Source: an uncultured Gammaproteobacteria bacterium (GTDB taxonomy: Bacteria > Patescibacteriota > Patescibacteriia > Magasanikbacterales > GWA2-37-8). Taken from it: a DNA stretch of 64,000 nucleotides. The notes beneath the pieces were generated by a model, which searched no databases, had not been told where the DNA came from, and saw nothing but the letters and a program-made list of their open reading frames with translations. The stretch lies in the NCBI GenBank assembly GCA_964634875.1, contig CAZWKA010000005.1:27167-91166 (forward strand), given 5' to 3'. How positions within the stretch are numbered: the stretch's first letter is position 1; each line of letters starts with the position of its first letter. The translations under genes and the position numbers were made by a program. Positions 57,027 through 64,000 of this stretch are shown piece by piece.

Positions 57027-58106
57027 ATGAAAATTATTTTTTCCGGCGGAGGAACACTGGGGCCGGTGACTCCACTTTTGGCAGTCGCTGCCGCCTATAA
57101 ACAAGCGCACCCCGATGCTGAATTTGTTTGGGTGGGAACCAAATTTGGCCCGGAACGCCAGGTTGTGGAAGAAGCGGGGATGACATTTTATCCGCTCAAC
57201 GGTGGCAAGTGGCGGCGGTATTTGTCGTTTTGGAATATTGTCGACATGATTAAAATAGCTATTGCTTTTTTTCAGGCGATGATTTTTATTTGGTATGAAA
57301 AGCCGGACTTGCTGGTTTCCGCGGGTGGGTTCGTAAGCGTGCCCTTGCATTGGGCGGGGGCATTCTTGGGGATACCAACTTGGGTGCATCAGCAGGATTT
57401 ACGGGTTGGTTTGGCGAATAAATTGATGTTTCCTGTGGCAACAAAAATTACAGCGACTTTAGAGCAGACTGCTCGTCAGTTACCTGCTAAAAAAACTGAA
57501 TGGATCGGAAACCCGTCGCGTGAATTGTTGTGCCAAAATGCCAACCAGGCCTGTACACATTTTAATATTCCGCCCAACAGTGTAGTTATATTTGCCGTTG
57601 GTGGGGGAACAGGTTCAAACGCTATAAACCGCATGATTGTGGAAGCGTTGGGGAATTGGCCCAAAGATTGGCATGTTATCCATTTGACAGGGAAGGAGCG
57701 GTCGAGTGAATTAGCTGAACGGGTGGCAGCAGTTTTCCCGAATTACCATGCGTTTAAATTTTTTACCGGTGAAATGGCCTGTGCGTATGCCTTGGCAACA
57801 GTAGTAGTAGCGCGGGCTGGATTCGCGACGCTTACCGAGTTGGCAGCGCTTTCAAAGCCCGCAATTATTTTGCCAATGGCGGGTACCCACCAAGAAGAAA
57901 ATGCTTCGTTTTTTGCCACGCATAACGGTGTTATTCAATTCCACGAAACCATGGATAACGGTCTCAAGTTGGCACAGGTGATTAAAGATTTGGTTGAACA
58001 CCCCGAGCGGCGGCAGATGCTTGGGTCAAATCTGCACGAACTCTTGCCTCAGACAGAAAGTAAAAAGATCGTGGAGATTATCGATACTCTTATTAGTAAT
58101 TCCTAA
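57027..58106 (+). CDS. murG: MurG glycosyltransferase
   Basis: GGGTLG, GGFVSVP, GLANK, IGNP, GGGTG, RAG, HQEENA. Confidence 0.93.
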   Translation: MKIIFSGGGTLGPVTPLLAVAAAYKQAHPDAEFVWVGTKFGPERQVVEEAGMTFYPLNGGKWRRYLSFWNIVDMIKIAIAFFQAMIFIWYEKPDLLVSAGGFVSVPLHWAGAFLGIPTWVHQQDLRVGLANKLMFPVATKITATLEQTARQLPAKKTEWIGNPSRELLCQNANQACTHFNIPPNSVVIFAVGGGTGSNAINRMIVEALGNWPKDWHVIHLTGKERSSELAERVAAVFPNYHAFKFFTGEMACAYALATVVVARAGFATLTELAALSKPAIILPMAGTHQEENASFFATHNGVIQFHETMDNGLKLAQVIKDLVEHPERRQMLGSNLHELLPQTESKKIVEIIDTLISNS

Positions 58107-58116
58107 ATATATTTGT

Positions 58117-58656
58117 ATGGCAGAGTCGATTGTATTTGGTGGTGGGTGTTTTTGGTGCACCGAAGCAGTATTTCAAATGCTTGAAGGTGTTACAGGTGTT
58201 TCGTCTGGGTATACGGGCGGCACAGTACCAAATCCGACATATGAACAGGTCTGTAGTGGGCGTACGGGTCATGCTGAGGCAATTAAGATAGAGTATGATC
58301 CAAGCAAAGTAAAAGTATCAGACCTGCTTGCAGTATTTTTTTCGAGCCATGATCCGACAACTTTAAATCGGCAAGGAAATGATGTGGGTACGCAGTACCG
58401 TTCGGCGATTTTTTATTCGACGCCTGAACAAAAAACAGCTGCTGAAGCTTTTATTGCCGAGCTTGTGGCTGAAAAAACATTTGTTGATCCAATTGTTACG
58501 ACCCTTGAACCGGCAGCAGAATTTTTTCCAGCTGAGCAGTACCATCAAAACTATTACCAGAATAACCAAAGCCAGCCGTATTGCCAGTTTATGATTGATC
58601 CTAAAATTGCTAAGCTCCGGCAGAAATACGCGCATTTACTCAAAAAATCCATGTAA
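58117..58656 (+). CDS. msrA: Peptide methionine sulfoxide reductase A
   Basis: GGGCFWC, GHAE, HDPT, QYRSAIF, HQNYY. Confidence 0.97.
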   Translation: MAESIVFGGGCFWCTEAVFQMLEGVTGVSSGYTGGTVPNPTYEQVCSGRTGHAEAIKIEYDPSKVKVSDLLAVFFSSHDPTTLNRQGNDVGTQYRSAIFYSTPEQKTAAEAFIAELVAEKTFVDPIVTTLEPAAEFFPAEQYHQNYYQNNQSQPYCQFMIDPKIAKLRQKYAHLLKKSM

Positions 58657-58739
58657 GGTTGCCTGGTTTTCATTTTTCCGCTATACTAATTAAATGTGTA
58701 TCGGTTCCTGCCGAGATTAATTACGTAACTTTTGTTCCT

Positions 58740-59309
58740 ATGAGTCAAAAAAATATTTATAAGGCCTTTCTTCTTTTTACCCTTATGGTCGTGGCCATGG
58801 GTGCTGGTTGTAGTCCTGCGACTGACCAACAGCCGACTGACACCATGCCCGGTGCAATGACACCTTCAGATTCAAGCCCGTCAGGCGTCATGACACCTGG
58901 GGAAGGAGCGATGGTCGCCCCACCGGCTACTGAGCCGACGCCAACCACGCCAGCACCAACAACTCCGCCGGCAACAGAGCCTGCAGCAGTGACGCCTCCG
59001 GCAAAGAGTTCATTTAAGGATGGTACCTATTCTGCCGATGGCACATATATGTCCCCGGGTGGCCAGGAAGCAATTGGTATAACAATAACCCTTAAGAATG
59101 ATGTTGTAACTGCGGTGAGTGCCGTTTCTAAGACGTCCCGCCCAATGTCACAGCGTTACCAGGGAATGTTTATTGGTGGCTTAGAGGAAGTGGTTGTTGG
59201 TAAGAAAATTACCGAGGTTAGTTTGACGAAAGTTTCCGGTTCTTCATTGACTCCGGCCGGTTTTAATGACGCTGTAGTTAAAATCCAAGCCCAGGCAAAA
59301 AATTCATAG
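58740..59309 (+). CDS. FMN-binding lipoprotein (flavinylation substrate)
   Basis: Lipobox GAG|C; P/T-rich linker; KDGTY; VSGSSLT flavinylation-like motif. Confidence 0.82.
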   Translation: MSQKNIYKAFLLFTLMVVAMGAGCSPATDQQPTDTMPGAMTPSDSSPSGVMTPGEGAMVAPPATEPTPTTPAPTTPPATEPAAVTPPAKSSFKDGTYSADGTYMSPGGQEAIGITITLKNDVVTAVSAVSKTSRPMSQRYQGMFIGGLEEVVVGKKITEVSLTKVSGSSLTPAGFNDAVVKIQAQAKNS

Positions 59310-59320
59310 CTATCCGCGGT

Positions 59321-60190
59321 ATGTCTTCGGCAGTTTTTGAAGCAATAGGGACGCACTGGCAAATTGATATTTTTGATCCCTTGGCAGAAGACGTGCAGCA
59401 AAGAATTATTGAGAGCATTAAAGCCCGTATCGATGCGTTCGATCGGGCTTATTCTCGTTTTAGGCCAGATTCATTAGTTACTGAAATGTCGCTTAAAGCA
59501 GGGGAGTACACTTTACCGCCTGATGCGGAGCCGCTCCTCGACCTCTATAAAGAGCTCTACGACCGCCTGGGAGGGTCGTTTACACCCTTGATCGGGCAAA
59601 CGTTAGTTGAGGCCGGGTATGATGCTGTATATTCACTAGAGCCTAAAATACTGAGTCGGTTGCCAACGTGGGAAGAGGCGCTTGATTATCGGTATCCAAA
59701 GCTGGCGCTTAAAAGGCCGGCTGTGCTCGATTTTGGAGCTGCTGGTAAGGGGTACTTAATTGATATTGTTGCTCAAATTCTCTATACTGAAGGTGTCCAG
59801 TCATTTTGTGTGGATGCGGGCGGCGACATGTTTTATGCGCATCCACAAAATAAGCTGCTCGATGTCGGGTTAGAAAATCCGCTCGATACCACCGAAGTAA
59901 TTGGGATTGCGACTATTGCGAATGAAAGTATTTGTGGATCAGCGGGAAATAGACGGACGTGGAAGAATTTTAATCATATTATCAATCCGTTCACGCAGGA
60001 GTCACCAAAAAATATTTTGGCAGTTTGGACTATTGCAGATACCACGCTCCTCGCGGATGCCCTGTCGACCTGTTTATTTTTTGTCCCGGGCAAGACGCTG
60101 ACGCCACATTATGATTTTGAGTACGTAATTTTGTATCAAGATTTTTCGATTGAGAAGTCCCAGTACTTTCCAGCGACATTTTTTAAATAA
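59321..60190 (+). CDS. apbE: FAD:protein FMN transferase ApbE
   Basis: AIGT, SRFRPDS, LDFGAAGKGY, DAGGD, HIINP, ADALST. Confidence 0.92.
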   Translation: MSSAVFEAIGTHWQIDIFDPLAEDVQQRIIESIKARIDAFDRAYSRFRPDSLVTEMSLKAGEYTLPPDAEPLLDLYKELYDRLGGSFTPLIGQTLVEAGYDAVYSLEPKILSRLPTWEEALDYRYPKLALKRPAVLDFGAAGKGYLIDIVAQILYTEGVQSFCVDAGGDMFYAHPQNKLLDVGLENPLDTTEVIGIATIANESICGSAGNRRTWKNFNHIINPFTQESPKNILAVWTIADTTLLADALSTCLFFVPGKTLTPHYDFEYVILYQDFSIEKSQYFPATFFK

Positions 60191-60204
60191 ATTTTATTTG
60201 TATA

Positions 60205-60283
60205 GCAGCGTAGGCAGAGTAAGTACTAAGCAGAGTAAGTAATTTTTCGCAACTTAATCTGCCTACTCTGCGTAATCTGCCTA
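60205..60283. repeat. Inverted cluster of 9-nt repeats
   Basis: GCAGCGTAG/GCAGAGTAA units facing AATCTGCCT/ACTCTGCGT units. Confidence 0.65.
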
Positions 60284-60293
60284 GTACTATTTT

Positions 60294-61814
60294 ATGCACT
60301 TTATCGATAATCTGCTCAATAAATTTACGATGTATCGCGTGGTATTGTACGGACTAACGCTTCTCGCGGCCTGCGCATTTATTCTCAGCGCCTTCAAACT
60401 AATTTTTTTTACACCTCTTGAACTCGCTGCTTCGCTCGTAACACTCCTCGTTACCTGTGGTTTGGTTAATTGGGTTTTTGCTAAATTATTTAAAATTCCT
60501 GCCAACGTTGAGTCAGTTTTTATTACGGCGTGGATTTTGTTTTTGGTGTTAGCGCCAAGCACTGCTCGGGCAGATATCTTATGGATAGCTGCAGCCGGTG
60601 CGATTGCCATGGCTTCCAAATATGTTTTAGTTTTTCGTAAACATCATATTTTTAATCCGGCAGCTATCGGCGTGCTTATTCCGGGGCTTTTGGGTAGTGG
60701 CCTCGCTATCTGGTGGGTGGCGACACCGCTTATGTTCCCGCTTGTCCTCGTGGTTGGGTTTTTAGTGGTTCGAAAAGTACATCACTTTAATTCAGTTATC
60801 GCCTTTTTAGCAGTTAGTCTTGGCTATCTGATGCTGACCGGAATTATGGCTGACCGAAGCGTGTGGCCGCTTTTTAAAGAACTGATGCTTTCGTGGCCGA
60901 TTATCTTTTTTGCTTCAGTTATGTTTACCGAACCTCTGACAATGCCTGCTCGGAAGCATCTGCAGATTGTGTACGGAGCGTTGATCGGTTTCTTATTTTC
61001 CATCCAGTTTCATGTGGGGCCGGTGTATTCTTCGCCAGAACTCGCCCTCGTGCTCGGTAATATTTTTTCGTTCATCGTGAGTCCTAAGCAGCGTCTTATT
61101 TTGAAGTTTAAAGAAAAGACGCAGCTGGCGGCGAATATGTTTGAATTTATTTTTACTGCTCCTCAGCGGCTACAGTTTTTGCCAGGGCAATATTCGGAAT
61201 GGACCCTCTTTCATGAAAAACCAGACACCCGTGGGAATCGGCGTTACTTTACGATTGCCTCTGCACCCGAAAGTAACGATATTGCGATTGGTATTCGTTT
61301 ATCTGACCCGTCGAGTAGTTTTAAACAGCAGCTGGCGAATTTAAAAACAGGGGATGCTATTATGGCTTCTTCAGCAGCCGGGGATTTTGTGCTACCAAAA
61401 AATAAAGAGAAAAAAATAGTCTTCATTGCCGGTGGCATTGGGGTAACACCGTTTGCCAGCATGCTTCGTCATCTTTTAGAAACTAAAGAAAAACGTACAG
61501 CAACTATGCTGTACTCAGTGCGTACGTGTGCGGATATTGCTTATCAATCGGTTTTTGACCAGGCCGAAAAGGAGCTGGGTATTAAAACTCATTATATTGT
61601 CACTGATGTTTCGTGTTTACCACCAGGTTGGACAACACCAACGGGCTATATCTCTGACCCAACAATTCGCCAGCTCGTGCCAGATTTTAAAGAACGCCTC
61701 TTTTATATTTCTGGGCCATTTGTAATGGTCGATGCAACGGAAAAGTTACTCAAAAAAATGGGTGTACCAAGCAGTCAGATTAAGACCGATTTCTTCCCAG
61801 GGTTTGCCGGGTAA
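60294..61814 (+). CDS. RnfD/NqrB-like membrane domain fused to FNR-type FAD/NAD(P) oxidoreductase
   Basis: SKY...HIFNPAA, MFTEPLT; RYFTIAS, IAGGIGVTPF, YISGP. Confidence 0.88.
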   Translation: MHFIDNLLNKFTMYRVVLYGLTLLAACAFILSAFKLIFFTPLELAASLVTLLVTCGLVNWVFAKLFKIPANVESVFITAWILFLVLAPSTARADILWIAAAGAIAMASKYVLVFRKHHIFNPAAIGVLIPGLLGSGLAIWWVATPLMFPLVLVVGFLVVRKVHHFNSVIAFLAVSLGYLMLTGIMADRSVWPLFKELMLSWPIIFFASVMFTEPLTMPARKHLQIVYGALIGFLFSIQFHVGPVYSSPELALVLGNIFSFIVSPKQRLILKFKEKTQLAANMFEFIFTAPQRLQFLPGQYSEWTLFHEKPDTRGNRRYFTIASAPESNDIAIGIRLSDPSSSFKQQLANLKTGDAIMASSAAGDFVLPKNKEKKIVFIAGGIGVTPFASMLRHLLETKEKRTATMLYSVRTCADIAYQSVFDQAEKELGIKTHYIVTDVSCLPPGWTTPTGYISDPTIRQLVPDFKERLFYISGPFVMVDATEKLLKKMGVPSSQIKTDFFPGFAG

Positions 61815-61829
61815 ACTTATAGTGTCTCC

Positions 61830-61867
61830 AAAATAAAAACAACCTTATTCGAGGTTGTTTTTATTTT
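61830..61867. terminator. Bidirectional intrinsic terminator
   Basis: AAAATAAAAACAACCT-tattcg-AGGTTGTTTTTATTTT. Confidence 0.85.
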
Positions 61868-62005
61868 CAAGGCTGCTCTCGCTCAATGTTATAGCGTGTA
61901 AAACACTGAGCGAGGTCGAGCAGTCTTGGGAGTTTTTTGCAGCGAGAGGGAGTGGCCAACTTGGTTTTCGGCCGCTCCCTCGTTGTATGAGGGGGTGAAA
62001 TTTGT

Positions 62006-63112
62006 CTAGGCTGGGGGTCCGAGCTCAGCCGTCTCCACGCGCGAGCTGAGGAACGCGCCCAGGTGTCGCCGGAGCGTTGTGATACCCGGCTTGATCAGCT
62101 CGGCATAGTCAACGAGGGCGCTGCCGATCATCGCATACTCCTTGGTCATTCCCGAGAGCTGATAGGTGGAACGCCCAAGCTTGAGCGGGTACTCGATCTG
62201 CTTCTTGTTGGTCGAGTGCCGAGCGACGTTCGGCTTGAAGCCTAGGTTGTTTCTCAAAAAGCCGAGCCCGCGGCTCGGGCGCTGCGAGATGTCATGCTCG
62301 TTGTACAGCGAGAGCTTGGCCGAGGTGAGCTCGCCATCTTTCAGAACCGTCTCAATGGCGTAGCGCTCTGTATAGACGATCTCCGGCAGAAGCGAAGGGT
62401 TGTTCATGAGCTCGTGGAACTCGGGCGGCAGAACAGCACGAACGCAATTCTCATAGAGATCGAGGTCCAGCAGCTCAGGACCGTCGAGCGGCTCTTCACC
62501 CCGCCAGATCGGCCGACCGAGCGGGATGCCGGTCAGGCGCTTGATCGTCTTCAGGATCGACTTGCGCTCCTCGTCGAGCAGGTGGCTCACGTTCGCCGTG
62601 AAGAAGGTGCGACCACGCTCTACCCTTCGCTTGAGCGCACCCCACTGCTGGATGATCCAGAGCGCGCCGTGGTCCGGCGAGATCGGGCGACCGTCATCGA
62701 AGGTCCAGCTGCAGGTTACGTAGTTTTCGGACTTTCTCTGCTTTAGGCTGAACCCGACGCGAAAACTCTTCGGGCCGATACCTACCTGATTCATGCCGCT
62801 GTAGCTCAGTTCCACCGGACCGTAGGTGACCGTGTCGCGCTGCCCCGAGAACGCGGAGTTTCCGACCCCCTCTCGGATAGTGTAAGGAGCGAGGTGATCA
62901 CCCGGCCGATACTCAAGGAGCCAGCTGGTCGGCAGGAGTGCGCTCGAAGGCTCCACCCACACGTGATCGCCCATGTTGTGGATCATCAGGTGCCGAGAGC
63001 CTGTCTCGTGGTGGTCCTCCGGCCGCAGCTGCCACTCACCCCGTATACGTAGGAGCGGCGTTGGGCTCGGGAACCGGACCTGGTTTGCGAAAAAATAGTT
63101 CTGACCATTCAT
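62006..63112 (-). CDS. GC-rich hypothetical protein (isolated cassette-like gene)
   Basis: Start moved to ATG 63112 (GAGGA SD at 63120-63124); C/G-ending codons; TAG stop. Confidence 0.75.
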   Translation of the reverse strand: MNGQNYFFANQVRFPSPTPLLRIRGEWQLRPEDHHETGSRHLMIHNMGDHVWVEPSSALLPTSWLLEYRPGDHLAPYTIREGVGNSAFSGQRDTVTYGPVELSYSGMNQVGIGPKSFRVGFSLKQRKSENYVTCSWTFDDGRPISPDHGALWIIQQWGALKRRVERGRTFFTANVSHLLDEERKSILKTIKRLTGIPLGRPIWRGEEPLDGPELLDLDLYENCVRAVLPPEFHELMNNPSLLPEIVYTERYAIETVLKDGELTSAKLSLYNEHDISQRPSRGLGFLRNNLGFKPNVARHSTNKKQIEYPLKLGRSTYQLSGMTKEYAMIGSALVDYAELIKPGITTLRRHLGAFLSSRVETAELGPPA

Positions 63113-63251
63113 GAACTTTTCCTCTGCTCTCCCTTTCCATTCAAGGCTCCGGTCAGGGCACTGCCTGACATGCGGAGGAGTCTTGGTAACTCTCAGGAGT
63201 AGCTCGCGCATAACAAATTTATTGTGCTCGAGCTCATCCGGAAAACTCTTA

Positions 63252-63280
63252 AGAGTATACTTTTTAGATCATTTTGTCAA
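63252..63280 (-). promoter_or_regulatory. sigma70 promoter of the isolated GC-rich gene
   Basis: Minus strand TTGACA (63280-63275), 17 bp, TACTCT (63257-63252). Confidence 0.7.
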
Positions 63281-63293
63281 TATACTGGGGTAA

Positions 63294-63323
63294 AAAACAC
63301 GACGTCGATTGACGTCGTGTTTT
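63294..63323 (-). terminator. Intrinsic terminator of gpmA
   Basis: AAAACACGACGTC-gatt-GACGTCGTGTTTT. Confidence 0.8.
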
Positions 63324-63341
63324 AGACTTAGACCATGCGCA

Positions 63342-63947
63342 TCAAAGAATTTTTTTAATTGGTTTTTGATTTTTGTCATTGAAATAATAGACCCACGGAA
63401 TTCCCGTTGGAATCTCAAGCGTAATTATTTCTTCGGGCGTCAGTCCTTCTAATTTCATGACAAGTGCACGCAGACTATTATGGTGAGCAGTAACTAAAAT
63501 ATTTTTTCCTTGCGCTAGCTCTACTGTTATTTTTTCTTCAAAGTGTGTGTGGACGCGAGTAGCAGTATCGGCCAGGCTTTCACCTTCGGGCGGGCGTGTG
63601 TGATAGCTTCTGCGCCATAATTTAACTTGCTCCTCGCCGTGCAGGGCAATAGTCTCAGCATGGGTTTTGCCCTGAAGCGCTCCGTAATGGCGTTCGTTGA
63701 GTGCTCTGTATGATTGTAGGGGTAAATGACTTTTATTGCTCGATTCCAAGGCGATTTTTGCTGTTTCTATGGCGCGAGTCAGTAGGGAAGTGTGCACGAG
63801 TGAAATATCAAAATCAGCTAACTTTTCGCCGGCCCGGCGAGCCTGGAGTTCGCCTTCCGGAGAGAGGGGGATATCGGTTTGGCCGGTAAAGCGACCCTCG
63901 GCGTTCCAAAGGGTTTTACCATGACGTAGGAGGATGAGAGTAGACAT
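63342..63947 (-). CDS. gpmA: 2,3-BPG-dependent phosphoglycerate mutase
   Basis: LRHG, RFTG, LNERHYGALQG, WRRSY, GESL, NSLRAL, IPTG. Confidence 0.93.
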   Translation of the reverse strand: MSTLILLRHGKTLWNAEGRFTGQTDIPLSPEGELQARRAGEKLADFDISLVHTSLLTRAIETAKIALESSNKSHLPLQSYRALNERHYGALQGKTHAETIALHGEEQVKLWRRSYHTRPPEGESLADTATRVHTHFEEKITVELAQGKNILVTAHHNSLRALVMKLEGLTPEEIITLEIPTGIPWVYYFNDKNQKPIKKIL

Positions 63948-64000
63948 AGAAAGTTGTTAAAGTATTCAATACAGTGTACCACGGGTTAAAAATAAAAACA

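Overview
Bacterial chromosome segment, genetic code 11, with a background of roughly 40-46% GC (estimated by eye). Gene content and style point to a Patescibacteria/CPR organism, probably ABY1 (Magasanikbacteria-like); this assignment is inferred. Clues are a reduced housekeeping set (dnaJ, rnhA, murA, ctpA, era, rplI, pyrG, recJ, lepA, murJ, mraZ-rsmH-ftsL, rplU, recR, ybaB, dnaB, proS, iscS, dnaG-rpoD, murG, msrA, gpmA), a surface-glycan cluster, a VirD4/HerA-like ATPase, an ApbE/FMN-binding/RnfD-FNR flavinylation module, a GAGC lipobox, and starts that lack a Shine-Dalgarno (SD) site and read 'TATG'. The standout feature is a second class of genes: 2359-2910, 3120-4307, 4514-5701, 62006-63112(-) and, more weakly, 56663-56962(-). 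The four main ones are about 58-70% GC with C/G-ending codons; 56663-56962 is about 52% GC. All five have canonical SD sites and CATG starts, unlike the native genes. Three encode lipoprotein-like proteins. At least two sit behind ordinary AT-rich sigma70 promoters. The four main genes have structured untranslated flanks, variously boxA-like motifs, long 5' RNA hairpins, cUUCGg plus GC hairpins and a shared 38-bp palindrome. In several, the 3' UTR is complementary to the gene's own SD/start codon. No integrase, transposase or reverse transcriptase is present in the window. Working hypothesis (inference): these are transcripts built for a high-GC host's translation machinery and silenced in the symbiont, or else an undescribed gene-cassette system.
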